From an uncultured delta proteobacterium (GTDB taxonomy: Bacteria > Myxococcota > Myxococcia > Myxococcales > Myxococcaceae): a DNA stretch of 64,000 nucleotides. Shown piece after piece: positions 20,116 through 29,935 of the stretch. How positions within the stretch are numbered: the stretch's first letter is position 1; every line of letters starts with the position of its first letter. The notes beneath the pieces are model-generated. The model was not told the origin of the DNA. It ran no database searches and saw only the letters and a program-made list of their open reading frames with translations. The stretch is taken from positions 1,952,001-2,016,000 of the forward strand of contig CAWCKH010000004.1 in the NCBI GenBank assembly GCA_963796055.1. Direction: 5' to 3'. Position numbers and translations under genes: made by a program.

Positions 20116-21324
20116 CTACTGCGTCACCGGAGTGCGAGTGCAGTCGTAGGTGAGCGGGATGCGTCCGCTCGGCGCGGCCACCATCTCGAAATCCGAGACC
20201 TGGAGCAGCGCGAGGTCCCTCGGGCCGAGGTACGCCGCGGCGCTCCGATCCATCGTCAGCGGGATGTTGCCTCCGTCGGCGAGGATCATCCCGTACTTCT
20301 GCAGCGCGACGGCCACCGCCCGCGCCGCGGCGTTCGGCAGCCGCGAGAGGTCGAATGAGGACCGCAGGCGGAACCGCGCCCCGTAGGGTGGGTAGAGCGC
20401 GTCGCCGCTCGGCGCGCCGGCGTGCGTCGCCGGGTGCACGAACACCGCGGCCGCCATCCGGGGGTTGGGGAGGATGAAGCGCAGCGCATGCGGGACGACG
20501 CCGGCCTGCAGCTCGGCGCCGGTGACCAGGAGAGGAGCGATGGGCAGCCCGGCCGCGTCGGCGCTGGTGCACTGGTCGCCGCGGCTGTACGGCGTCCCCG
20601 GCTGCCAGTAGTCGCGGTCCAGGTCCCAGACCACCGCGCAGACCGTGGTGAAGGGCGAGCCGGTGGACAGGCCGCCGGCGATGTTCGCCTGGTACAGCTC
20701 GTACAGACGCCGGCCCTGGTACACCAGCAGGTGGCAGTCGTTCCGCGTCGTGTCGCAGGCGTAGCTGGTCGAGCCCTCGGTCGTTCCGCCCGGAGGAACC
20801 GGGACCGGTACCTGGTCACAGTCGGGCGAGTAGTACCCCGCGGCCGGGGTGAAGGCGCGCGGTTGCACCGTGCCGTCTGCGTGCAGCACGTCGAAGCTGA
20901 AGTCGATCTGCATCGCCCCGGAACCCCAGCCGGCGTCCGCCAGGTGGGCGATGATCGCCGTCGAGCTCGTGTCGAGCGGGGCGCCGGAGATGTCCTGGTA
21001 GATCGTCGCGCTCGCCGGGAAGCGGTCGGGGGCGCCGGTTCCGCCGTCGCCGCCGGAGGTGCCACCGTCCGGAGCGCCGGCATCGGGTCGACCGCCATCC
21101 GGCCGCCCGCCGTCGCCGCCGCCTGCGTCGCCGTTCCCGCCATCGGGACCGCTCCCGCCGCCACTTCCCAGGAGCTGGAGTCCGGGGTCCACCGTCGGGT
21201 CGCCGATCTGCCCGGTGCATGCGCCGAGGACGAGGACCGTCGCTGCGCCCAGCACCGCTCTGCCGACCGTCGGGCAGAACGGACTCCGGGCGGTGCGCAG
21301 GCGCGCGACGTGCTGCGAGAACAT
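20116..21324 (-). CDS. Hypothetical lipoprotein with DGG/DAG linker (start uncertain)
   Basis: Lipobox VLVLGAC; DGG/DAG repeats; conserved-looking TSADAAGLP, HALRF, YGMILADGG. Confidence 0.7.
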   Translation of the reverse strand: MFSQHVARLRTARSPFCPTVGRAVLGAATVLVLGACTGQIGDPTVDPGLQLLGSGGGSGPDGGNGDAGGGDGGRPDGGRPDAGAPDGGTSGGDGGTGAPDRFPASATIYQDISGAPLDTSSTAIIAHLADAGWGSGAMQIDFSFDVLHADGTVQPRAFTPAAGYYSPDCDQVPVPVPPGGTTEGSTSYACDTTRNDCHLLVYQGRRLYELYQANIAGGLSTGSPFTTVCAVVWDLDRDYWQPGTPYSRGDQCTSADAAGLPIAPLLVTGAELQAGVVPHALRFILPNPRMAAAVFVHPATHAGAPSGDALYPPYGARFRLRSSFDLSRLPNAAARAVAVALQKYGMILADGGNIPLTMDRSAAAYLGPRDLALLQVSDFEMVAAPSGRIPLTYDCTRTPVTQ

Positions 21325-21405
21325 GGCAGGCTCGTTGCCGACTCTACCGATCACGGGTCAGGCGACGAGAGGAGCCGGGATGCGGGGGTGTGGGACAGCG
21401 GAGCG

Positions 21406-22416
21406 ATGAGGCGTCTCCTGGTCGGGCTGCGGCTGACGCTCGGGTACGCCGGCACCCTGCTCGCGACCGCGGTCCGGCGGTTGACCCGGCCGCCGCTGCG
21501 CCCGTCCTGGACCATCGGCGACGAGGCGCGGGCGTCGTTCCTCCGTGCGTTCTGGCGACGTCTGCATGCCATGCCGGTGGAGGCCCGCCGCAGGGAGATC
21601 GACTCGGTTCCGGTGCTTCTGCCTGCCGCGCTGCTGCGGACGACGCGCAGGCGCGAATCGCTGGCCGGCGTGCCGGTGACCTGGGTGACCCCGCGCGCCG
21701 GGGCCGAGCCGCGGCTGGTGCTCTACGTCCACGGCGGCACCTTCACCATCGGCTCCTCTCACATGGTGCGCGATCTGCTCGCCCGCCTCGCCCTGGCGAG
21801 CCGGGCACGGGTCCTCTCGATCGATTACCGGCTGGCCCCGGAGCACCCGTGGCCGGCGGGTCTCGACGACGTTCGGGCGGTGTGGCGGGCGGCGCTGGTC
21901 GAGCACGGGCCGGCGCAGGTCGTGCTCGCCGGAAACTCGGCCGGTGGCAACCTGATGCTCGCGCTGCTGGCCGATCTCCGCGACCGGGGTGAGCCGCTCC
22001 CGGCGGGAGCGGTGCTGCTCTCGCCCTGGGTGGACCTCCGCTGCACCGCCCCGTCCTTCCAGGCGAACGCGGATGCCGACTTCCTCGATCGCCAGGCGAT
22101 GCTCCGCGACGCGGCCGAGGTGGCCGCGGGCCGAGACCCCGGTGAGCCCGCGCTCTCACCACTCCGGGCGGACCTCTCCGGCCTGCCGCCGCTGTACCTC
22201 CAGCTCGGCGGGGCCGAGGTGCTCCGGGACGACGTGCAGGCGTTCGCCACCCGGGCCCGCGCCGCGGGCGTGCGGACGACGCTCGACGTCTGGGAAGACC
22301 AGGTGCACGACTTCCAGACCTTCGGGGCGCTGTCGCGGACCAGCCTCGAGGCCATCGCCCAGGCAGGTGAGGCGGTGCAGATCTTCACCCCGGTGCTCAA
22401 GATGGCGCGCGCCTGA
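21406..22416 (+). CDS. Alpha/beta hydrolase (hormone-sensitive lipase family esterase)
   Basis: YVHGG, IDYRLAPEHPWPA, GNSAGG, LSPWVDL, E.L.DD, H.F. Confidence 0.9.
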   Translation: MRRLLVGLRLTLGYAGTLLATAVRRLTRPPLRPSWTIGDEARASFLRAFWRRLHAMPVEARRREIDSVPVLLPAALLRTTRRRESLAGVPVTWVTPRAGAEPRLVLYVHGGTFTIGSSHMVRDLLARLALASRARVLSIDYRLAPEHPWPAGLDDVRAVWRAALVEHGPAQVVLAGNSAGGNLMLALLADLRDRGEPLPAGAVLLSPWVDLRCTAPSFQANADADFLDRQAMLRDAAEVAAGRDPGEPALSPLRADLSGLPPLYLQLGGAEVLRDDVQAFATRARAAGVRTTLDVWEDQVHDFQTFGALSRTSLEAIAQAGEAVQIFTPVLKMARA

Positions 22417-22539
22417 GCGCGCTCGTGCTTGCGAGGACGGGCGGGGTGGTTGGCTGCCCCTGCGGACGTCGTGAACGCTGGGGAGACCGCCGAGCAGGGA
22501 CCCGGCGGCCTGCGCGATTTCCCGCGCTCCGGATGACCG

Positions 22540-22832
22540 GGGCTGATCCGAGGTCGACCCGGGAGACCGCGATCGTTGCAGCCCGGGTTTCCCGAGCGCG
22601 CCTCCAGGATCAGTTTGGAACGGTCACGGCCGGGGGGGGGCTGCGGCCCTCAGGAGGCGTTCCATCGGGTTGCTGGAAGCGCGCTGGAGTAACAGTTTGG
22701 AATGCTCCGCAGGAGCTGCGGACCCCCGCCCCGGGAGACCGTTCCATTCTGATCCTCCAGCGCTGTACGCGAAACCGGCAGTGGCGTCCGTGCTCGAGCG
22801 CGTGCTGGGACCTGTCCGCGGTGGATCAGCCC
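22540..22832. repeat. Long nested imperfect palindrome with four 20-bp motifs (putative structured RNA or protein-binding site)
   Basis: Motifs at 22606, 22655 (rc), 22688 and 22737 (rc); dyad centre AGCGCGCT at 22678-22685; outer IR GGGCTGATCC/GGATCAGCCC. Confidence 0.7.
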
Positions 22833-22894
22833 ACGGGGTCGAACGCCAGGAGCCCTACTGGAAGCGCTCATCCTGCTCGCACCGGCGAACGCCG

Positions 22895-24991
22895 TCAGCC
22901 AGCGCGTCCTCCGTCGGCCGGCCGGTAGATCCGCTGAACGTACTCGGACATCATCCGCGCGGTGGTGAACCGGGCGCCCACCGTCCGGAGGGAGGCCTTG
23001 ATGCGCCGCACCCACCCGACCGGCACCCCCGTCGCGTCACGGTCGTGGAAGGACGGCACCACCTCTGTTTCCAGGAGCTCGTAGAGCCTCGTCGCGTCGC
23101 GTGCGTCCTGGCTCTGGTCGTCCTGCATCCCCTCCGCGGACAGCGCCCATCCGTTGATCCCGTCGTACGCCTCGGGCCACCAGCCATCGAGGACGCTCAG
23201 GTTCAGCCCTCCATTGAGCGCGGCCTTCATCCCGCTGGTGCCGCTGGCCTCGAGCGGAGCGCGCGGGAGGTTGAGCCACACGTCGCACCCGGCCACCAGC
23301 GGGCGTGCGATCTCCAGATCGTAGTCCTCGAGGAACGCGACGTACCCTGTCGCCCCGGCCACGTTCTTCAGCTCGAAGATCCGCTGCACCAGCCGCTTCG
23401 CCCCGTCGTCGGAGGGGTGGGCCTTGCCCGAGATGACCAGCTGCAGCCGCCGCGGTCCCTGGAGCAGGGCCAGCGCCCTGGCCGCGTCGCGGATCAGGAG
23501 GTCCAGCCGCTTGTAGGCCGCGACCCGCCGCGCGAAGCCGAGCGTGAGCACCTCCGGGTCGAAGGTCCGGGCCGCCGCCTCCACGTAGGGGATGGGCTCG
23601 CCGCGTGCCAGCCGGTCGACCACCGTCTTGCGGCGCACGAACTCGACCAGCCGGGCCCGGAGCGCTCTGCGCACCGCCCACAGCTCTGCGTCGGGGATGG
23701 CCTCCACCGCCGCCCAGGCCTGCGCGTCGCCGGAGCGCCAGGCAGGGGTGAGCCAGCGGTCGAGCAACGCCTGGAGCTCGGGGGCGATCCAGCTCGCGGC
23801 ATGCACGCCGTTGGTCACGTGGACGATGGGCAGCCCCATCCCCTTCCACATTCCGCGGGCGACCTCGGCGTGCCTGGCGCTGACTGCGTTCGCGCTCCGG
23901 CTGGTCCGCAGGGCGAGCTCGGTGACCCCGAACGAGTCGCCGTCGGGAGGGCGGGCGAGCGCGAGGAACGTTCCCGGGTCGATGCCCAGCTCCTGCGGCA
24001 GGTGCCCCAGGATCTGGAGGATCTCCTCCGCGCCGTAGTGCTCGTTCCCGGCGGGCACGGGCGTGTGGGTGGTGAAGACCACGCGCCGGCGCGCCTCGAC
24101 GAGCGCGCGGTCGAAGCTCAGCCCCGAGCGGACTCCGTCACGGGCGAGCTCCAGGGCGGCGAGCGCCGCGTGGCCCTCGTTGAGGTGGACGGTCGACGGC
24201 TCGATGCCGAGCGCCCGCAGAGCGCGGAGGCCACCCATCGCCAGCACCGCGTACTGCATCACCCGAAAGGTCCGGTCGGCCACGTAGAGCGTGGAGGTGA
24301 TCCATCGGTCCACCGGAGCGTTCCCCGGAAGGTCGGTGTCGAGCAGGAAGAGCGGCACCCGGCCCACCTGGACGTGCCAGATCTGTGCGAGCACCGCATG
24401 GCCGCGGAGGAGCAGCTTCACCTTCCGCGGCTCGCCGCGGCTGTCGACCTCGAGGCGGAGCGGGAGCTCCTCGGGGTCGGCAGTGCTCCACCATTCGTGC
24501 TGCCACCCCGACCGGTCCAGCCGCTGGTGGAAGAAGCCGCGGCGATAGAGGAGGCCGACCCCCACCATGGGCAGGCCGCTGTCAGAGGCCTGCTTCAGCA
24601 CATCGCCGGCGAGCACCCCCAGTCCGCCGGAATAGATGGGCAGCGAGGCGTGCAGCCCGTACTCGGCGCAGAGGAACGCCACCGGGTGCTCCACGGTCAG
24701 CCCGCCGCCGGTGTCGAACGGGCGGGCCAGGTCGGCCTCCAGCGCGTGCACCAGCGCCTCGGCCCGGCCCACCAGACCAGCGTCGCCCGCGACCTGGCTC
24801 AGACGGAGGGGACTGACGTCGCGGAGCAGCTTGACGGGGTTGTGGCCCGAGCTTTCCCAGCGCTCGGGGTCCACGGCCTGGAACACCGTGGAGGCCTCGG
24901 GGTGCCAGCACCACCAGAGGTTGGTGGCGAGCGTGGCCAGCGGCTGCAGGGGAGCAGGGAGCCGCGTGCGGAGCGGCTCCTCGGCGTGCAT
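22895..24991 (-). CDS. glgP: Alpha-glucan (glycogen/maltodextrin) phosphorylase
   Basis: NLWWCW, AEYGLH.SLPIYSGGLGVLAGD, HLNEGH, FTTHTPVPAG, GFARR..YKR, GKAHP.D, EASGTSGMKA. Confidence 0.93.
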   Translation of the reverse strand: MHAEEPLRTRLPAPLQPLATLATNLWWCWHPEASTVFQAVDPERWESSGHNPVKLLRDVSPLRLSQVAGDAGLVGRAEALVHALEADLARPFDTGGGLTVEHPVAFLCAEYGLHASLPIYSGGLGVLAGDVLKQASDSGLPMVGVGLLYRRGFFHQRLDRSGWQHEWWSTADPEELPLRLEVDSRGEPRKVKLLLRGHAVLAQIWHVQVGRVPLFLLDTDLPGNAPVDRWITSTLYVADRTFRVMQYAVLAMGGLRALRALGIEPSTVHLNEGHAALAALELARDGVRSGLSFDRALVEARRRVVFTTHTPVPAGNEHYGAEEILQILGHLPQELGIDPGTFLALARPPDGDSFGVTELALRTSRSANAVSARHAEVARGMWKGMGLPIVHVTNGVHAASWIAPELQALLDRWLTPAWRSGDAQAWAAVEAIPDAELWAVRRALRARLVEFVRRKTVVDRLARGEPIPYVEAAARTFDPEVLTLGFARRVAAYKRLDLLIRDAARALALLQGPRRLQLVISGKAHPSDDGAKRLVQRIFELKNVAGATGYVAFLEDYDLEIARPLVAGCDVWLNLPRAPLEASGTSGMKAALNGGLNLSVLDGWWPEAYDGINGWALSAEGMQDDQSQDARDATRLYELLETEVVPSFHDRDATGVPVGWVRRIKASLRTVGARFTTARMMSEYVQRIYRPADGGRAG

Positions 24992-25104
24992 CGAGCAGGG
25001 AGAGATCGAGGCCACGGGAGACCTCCTGCGGAGGACGTCGGCGCGGACCATCGCTCCCGGACGCCGCGGACGCCAGCGGGCCGTGGCCCTCGCCCTACAG
25101 GCTC

Positions 25105-26466
25105 CTAGGGGACCCTCGCCAGCGATCGGCGCGCCGCCGGGGCACGGCGCTGGTTCCGGTGCACCGGCCTCCGCGCGGGGCTGGCCAGCCGCAGGGTGTC
25201 CAGCTCCTTCTCGAAGGCCTCGACGATGCGCTCCGGATCCGGAACGAGCCCGACGTCGCTGTGAACGCCCACCCAGACGTGCCCGGCGTAGCTGAGCAAG
25301 CTCACTCCGAGTCCGAGGTGCCCCGCGCACGGCACCCAGAACATGGTTTGCCGGAGGCGTGCGCCGAGGATGGAGAGCGGCTCCCGCGGACCGATCACGT
25401 TGGTCACCACCGCGGTGGCCTTGGTGGCGAAGAGGTCGATCACCGCGTCGAACAGGGGGCGTGGCATCCGGCCCAGGAGCCAGAGGAGCGCGAAGGTCGC
25501 CGCCGCGCCCGGCGATGCCTTGAGCGCGCGCATCCGTCGCCGCACCTCGGCCAGACGTCCCGTGGCGCTCTCGATGCCGAGCGGTAGCCCGAGGAACACC
25601 AGCCCGAAGCGGTTGCCCAGCAGATGCGCCTCGCTCGGTGGCCTCAGGTTCACCGGAATCACGCCCCGGACATCCAGCCTCCGCTTCACCGGACCGTGGG
25701 CGTGCAGGTACCGGCGCAGCGCCCCGGCGAGCGCCGCCATCAGCACGTCGTTCACCGTCGAGCCGGTGGCCCGGCCCACCCGCTTGAAGTCCTCGAGGTC
25801 GAACGCCCGCGACCAGACCAGCTTCTTGCCCACGGTCAGCGGGCCCTTGAACCGGGTCATCGGGTCGGGCGTGAGGAGGAGAAGCCGGATCAGCGCCGCG
25901 AGCTGGTCCGCCCCGGCGGGGAGCGCGCGACTGGCGCGGGCCACGCTCGTGCCCAGCATGGCCCAGCGCGAGCGGCGGCCGGAGGACCCGGTGGCCGGGA
26001 CCTCGGGAGGCGCGTCCGCCATCGAGAGGAGCACGTGCACCAGCGCCAGGCCGTCGCCGAGGCAGTGGTGAACCCGGGCGATGAGCGCCGAGCCGCCCTG
26101 GTAGCTGGGGACGAAGTGGATGCGCCAGAGCGGTCGCTTCGGCGGCAGGGGGCGGCTCGCCAGGGAACTAATGAGCGCCTGGAGCGCTGCCTCGTCGGCC
26201 CTGGCCGGGAGCCGCTCGATGACCAGGTGGTGGTCGAGGGAGAACTCCGGGTCGTCCTCCCACGACGGGACGCCCACCCCGGCCAGCGGCCACACGACGC
26301 GCTGGCGGAAGCGGTCGAAGCGGAGCAGGCGGCGCTGGAGCAGGGTGCGAATGCGCTGCGCGCTCACCGGCGTGTCGAGCACCAGAACGCCGTTCACCAC
26401 CATCGGGTTGGTCGGCTCGTCCATCCGGAGCCAGGAGGCGTCGACGCTGCCGAGGGGCGTGCGCAT
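25105..26466 (-). CDS. Wax ester synthase/diacylglycerol acyltransferase (WS/DGAT)
   Basis: D..WLRMD.PTNPM, PLWR, catalytic HHCLGDG, TVNDVL, PVNLR, TNV.GP. Confidence 0.92.
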   Translation of the reverse strand: MRTPLGSVDASWLRMDEPTNPMVVNGVLVLDTPVSAQRIRTLLQRRLLRFDRFRQRVVWPLAGVGVPSWEDDPEFSLDHHLVIERLPARADEAALQALISSLASRPLPPKRPLWRIHFVPSYQGGSALIARVHHCLGDGLALVHVLLSMADAPPEVPATGSSGRRSRWAMLGTSVARASRALPAGADQLAALIRLLLLTPDPMTRFKGPLTVGKKLVWSRAFDLEDFKRVGRATGSTVNDVLMAALAGALRRYLHAHGPVKRRLDVRGVIPVNLRPPSEAHLLGNRFGLVFLGLPLGIESATGRLAEVRRRMRALKASPGAAATFALLWLLGRMPRPLFDAVIDLFATKATAVVTNVIGPREPLSILGARLRQTMFWVPCAGHLGLGVSLLSYAGHVWVGVHSDVGLVPDPERIVEAFEKELDTLRLASPARRPVHRNQRRAPAARRSLARVP

Positions 26467-26471
26467 GGCGG

Positions 26472-26903
26472 TCACACGAGGAGGTGCTTCCGGCCGGTCT
26501 GCTCGAGCCACTGCCGGTAGACGGGATGGATCGCGCCGGTCACTGGCGCGAGGCGAAGGATGGTGGGAATCGGGCCGTGGACCTTCACCCGTCCGAGCGC
26601 GATGGCGAGGGCGACGTTCTCCTTCCCCTGGAAGAACCGGTTTGCGGTCTCGCTGGACATGGTGAGGGTGATGGTCGGCGTCGAGCTCGCGGGTCCCCAG
26701 TCCCACTGGAGGTACCGCCCGTTCCGCTCCTCGGAGTCCGGCGCGGCGGTGACGTTGAGCTCCAGACCGAGGTCGGGGAAGACGAACCGGTGGGGCGCAT
26801 GGGCGTCCCGCAGGGTGCGGCCCACCTCGGGATGCTCGTTCATCAGCACGAAGACGTGCTCGAAGACGTCCCTGAACTCCCGAGGGTTGCGAAACCGCTG
26901 CAC
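26472..26903 (-). CDS. SCP2 sterol/lipid-binding domain protein
   Basis: P.ITLTMS...FFQGKEN...A...GRVKVHG; GGAGG RBS before GTG 26903. Confidence 0.75.
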   Translation of the reverse strand: MQRFRNPREFRDVFEHVFVLMNEHPEVGRTLRDAHAPHRFVFPDLGLELNVTAAPDSEERNGRYLQWDWGPASSTPTITLTMSSETANRFFQGKENVALAIALGRVKVHGPIPTILRLAPVTGAIHPVYRQWLEQTGRKHLLV

Positions 26904-27075
26904 GGGGAACACCTCCCCGGTCGACGCTCCCAGCACGCTCCGTGCCGGCGCCCTGCGCGGGGAGGGCTGCTCGCTTCGACCGCAGTCCATGCGGAGGTTC
27001 GGGCTCCGGAACGCACCGGTTGCGCGTACACGGAGGACACCCCGACATAAGCTCGCGCGCGGGAGACCTGCACCC

Positions 27076-27507
27076 ATGACCCGTCGCATCTGCTGGGCCG
27101 TCGCGCTCGTCGCCGCACTCGTCTGGATGCATCCTGCACGCGCCGGGGGCCTGGAGATTTCCGGCGGGGCGGCGTACTGGACCGAGAGCTCGTCGGCCTT
27201 CTCGGTCACCCTCGGGAAGTTCTGGGACCTGCCGGGCTTCCAGCTGGGGCCGCGCGTGGGCTTCGCCTACGTGACCTCGCCCAACTCCGCAGGCGTTCCG
27301 GCGGACCTGGTGGCCCGCTTCGACATCGGCATCTTCTACGTGGAGGGTCAGGCCGGGGCCTGGTTCCTCTTCTCCCGCGACCCCGTGGTCCGCTTCCACG
27401 CCACCGGTGGCGGGGGGTTCGACCTGGGCATCGTGCGGATCGGCGTGGAGGGCGGATACCTCCACGACGGCGCGCTGTTCGGTGCCCGCGTGTCGCTGGC
27501 CCTCTGA
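27076..27507 (+). CDS. Small outer-membrane beta-barrel protein
   Basis: Signal peptide (..ARA), alternating amphipathic strands, C-terminal GARVSLAL. Confidence 0.65.
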   Translation: MTRRICWAVALVAALVWMHPARAGGLEISGGAAYWTESSSAFSVTLGKFWDLPGFQLGPRVGFAYVTSPNSAGVPADLVARFDIGIFYVEGQAGAWFLFSRDPVVRFHATGGGGFDLGIVRIGVEGGYLHDGALFGARVSLAL

Positions 27508-27621
27508 AGTACCCCAAAGGTCCAATGGCCGGATCGGGAGGGGGCCCCGTAGCCTCGCTGACTTCCAATCGGTGCGCGCGTGGCGCGGTCGGGCCCACCG
27601 GCACCGGACGAGGAGAAACCA

Positions 27622-28413
27622 ATGCGTTCGCCCGGTGCACTCGGCGTGGCTGCCGTTCGAGGAGCTTTGCTGGGGACCCTGCTGGCCGCCACCACGGCGC
27701 TGGCCCAGTACTACCCGACGCCGCCACCTCCCCCTCCGTCTTCCGCTCCACCCCCCGGCTACTACCCCTCTCCGCCACCGCCGCAGCCCACCTACCCGGT
27801 GCAGTACACGCCTCCTCCGGAGCCGAAGGGCCGCGGGGACATCGAGATCGGCGGCTTCGTCGGATACCAGCTCCCCACTGACGCCTCCGGCCCGAATGGG
27901 AAGATCATCATCGACTCGTCGATCGATTTCGGCGGGTTCATCGACTACTCCGTGCGGCCCGGGTACGGCGTCGAGCTGCTCTACGTCTACGTGCCGACCC
28001 ACGCACGGTTCCAGTCCTCTTTCCCGGGCACGATCCCCGACGGCGAAAAGACCTCGATCGGTACGCACTGGATCCAGATCGGAGGGATCGTCGGTCGGCC
28101 CATGGGGCGCATCGAGCCCTTCGGTGCGATCTCCGCCGGGATGGTGATCATCGCCCCTGACACGCTGACGTTCACCAACGGCACCACCGCCACCGCGAAC
28201 ACCTCGGTGCAGTTCGCCTTCACCACCGGGCTCGGGGTCAAGATCTGGGTGACGGAGATGATCGCCTTCCGCGCCGAGGCCCGCGCGCTGGTGCCGGTGT
28301 TCTTCAGCGGCGGTGGAGTGTGGGTCGGCACCGGCGGGGCGAGCGTCGGTCTGTCGGGAGGAATCCCCTTCGCGATGTTCGACTTCACCGGTGGCCTCTC
28401 GGTGAAGTTCTGA
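27622..28413 (+). CDS. Outer-membrane beta-barrel protein with Pro/Tyr-rich N-terminus
   Basis: Signal peptide, YYPTPPPPP linker, beta-strands, terminal GGLSVKF. Confidence 0.75.
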   Translation: MRSPGALGVAAVRGALLGTLLAATTALAQYYPTPPPPPPSSAPPPGYYPSPPPPQPTYPVQYTPPPEPKGRGDIEIGGFVGYQLPTDASGPNGKIIIDSSIDFGGFIDYSVRPGYGVELLYVYVPTHARFQSSFPGTIPDGEKTSIGTHWIQIGGIVGRPMGRIEPFGAISAGMVIIAPDTLTFTNGTTATANTSVQFAFTTGLGVKIWVTEMIAFRAEARALVPVFFSGGGVWVGTGGASVGLSGGIPFAMFDFTGGLSVKF

Positions 28414-28420
28414 GCCGACG

Positions 28421-29812
28421 CTAGAACTTGAACGACACCGAGAAGAGCAGGGTGAAGGTGTTGAGCGTCAGCTCGGATGACGGCTGTTCGGGGATCGGCA
28501 GTCCTGAAGGGGGGAAGAGGTTGTCGTTTCCCGTCCCGTGCTCCCACCCGCCGCCGATGGCCGCCGAGAAATTGTCGATCCGGAATGCCACACCGGCGCG
28601 GAAGCCGACCACGTCCACCTTCCGGAATGCCTTGCCGACCGCGGGATCGACCGGCGAGTAGTCGAGGTACGACCCGGCGCTGATGGCGAAGTTCTGCGAG
28701 AGCGCGAAGTGCGCTCCGACGCTCCCGTTCCAGACCTGCCGCGCGCGGTAGGACACACCGGGGAAGGCGACCTGACTGATCACCGGGGTCCCGGTGGTGG
28801 TATCCACCACCCGAACGGTCTGGGTGGAGGCGTAGAGAGGGTAGGCGTCCGTGCCGTCGTGCCACTTGACGTCGATCTCGATGCCAAAGGGCCCGAACTC
28901 GAAGGCCGCCCCCAGGATCGCCTCGAGCGGCTCCTTGTACTGGAAGTCGACGTTGGGGTCCTGGAAGAAGGCCTGCCGTGTGCCGGCGGCACCCACGGTC
29001 AGCGCCTCGTACTGGGTCGAGCCACTGGTCTTGATCTTCAACCCCGGAGTTCGCACCAGCGCACCCAGCTTGAACCAGCTCAGCACATCCCACTGCACCC
29101 CGAACGTCCCACGGAGGTGCAGCGCCGAGCCGGTCACGGCGAGGGTCCGCAGCGTGGACTTGCTCGTCGTCGCGTCGGTGATCTCCCCCGACAGCTCGCC
29201 GGTGCTCTGGAGACTGGTGTACGGAAACTCGATCGAGCCGCCGAGGCGAAGGCTGGGCGCCAGTGCCCATCCCACCGAGAAGGTGGGGGTCAGGGTGTCG
29301 AAGGTCGAGTGGACCGAGTACGAGGCCCGCTGGCCAACTTCGGGAGTGGTGCTGGCGATCACGGTCAGGTTCGAGTGCACCGGGTGCACCACGGCGAAGC
29401 CGATCCGGACCCTTTCCCAGTCGATGACCTCCTTCCCCAGAACCAGGCCCACGAAGCTGGGCAAGGTCTCGAAGGCTCCACCCGAGGTCTGCTCGAAGCC
29501 GCTGCCGCTCAGGGTGGTGAGCTGATACCCCTGGGCGCTGGCATTGAGGACCGTGCGGTCCGCGAGGGCGATGCCGGCCGGGTTGTAGAACAGCGCCGGA
29601 GCGTTCCGGGCGCGGGCGACGACGGCGCCGCCTTCCAGGGACTCGATGAGTCCGGGGTAAACCCGGTCGTAGTTGTTGATGAGCAGCGTGGGTGGCACGG
29701 TGAAGTCCTGCGCTCGCCCCCAGCCGGCGGCGGTGATCGCCAGGAGCAGCGTCCAGCGCCAGACGGCCGACCCGCGTCGGCAGGACGAAGCGGTTCTCTC
29801 GAAGCCGTTCAT
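28421..29812 (-). CDS. OmpP1/FadL-like outer-membrane transporter
   Basis: GGAVVARARNAPALFYNPAGIA hatch motif; terminal FSVSFKF. Confidence 0.75.
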   Translation of the reverse strand: MNGFERTASSCRRGSAVWRWTLLLAITAAGWGRAQDFTVPPTLLINNYDRVYPGLIESLEGGAVVARARNAPALFYNPAGIALADRTVLNASAQGYQLTTLSGSGFEQTSGGAFETLPSFVGLVLGKEVIDWERVRIGFAVVHPVHSNLTVIASTTPEVGQRASYSVHSTFDTLTPTFSVGWALAPSLRLGGSIEFPYTSLQSTGELSGEITDATTSKSTLRTLAVTGSALHLRGTFGVQWDVLSWFKLGALVRTPGLKIKTSGSTQYEALTVGAAGTRQAFFQDPNVDFQYKEPLEAILGAAFEFGPFGIEIDVKWHDGTDAYPLYASTQTVRVVDTTTGTPVISQVAFPGVSYRARQVWNGSVGAHFALSQNFAISAGSYLDYSPVDPAVGKAFRKVDVVGFRAGVAFRIDNFSAAIGGGWEHGTGNDNLFPPSGLPIPEQPSSELTLNTFTLLFSVSFKF

Positions 29813-29935
29813 GGCGCTCCCCTTCGCCCGGCCGGCGTCCCGCCCCGGGCTACCGTTTCCCGAACAGCTGGCTCGCAGGAACTGCCCGTCGCCGCTATCG
29901 TCCAAAGTACCTAGGCTTCACCCCGGGGGGGAGCC

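Noticed and set aside
22606..22756. parS sites (TGGAAC/GTTCCA half-sites) or 6S RNA
   Set aside because: The half-sites never form the 16-bp GTTCCACGTGGAAC palindrome. There is no clear central bubble or zapA/ygfA context for 6S, though an Rfam search is needed to exclude it.
22425..22928. 167-aa ORF across the convergent gap
   Set aside because: No codon bias, RBS or recognisable motif; it overlaps the palindromic structure.
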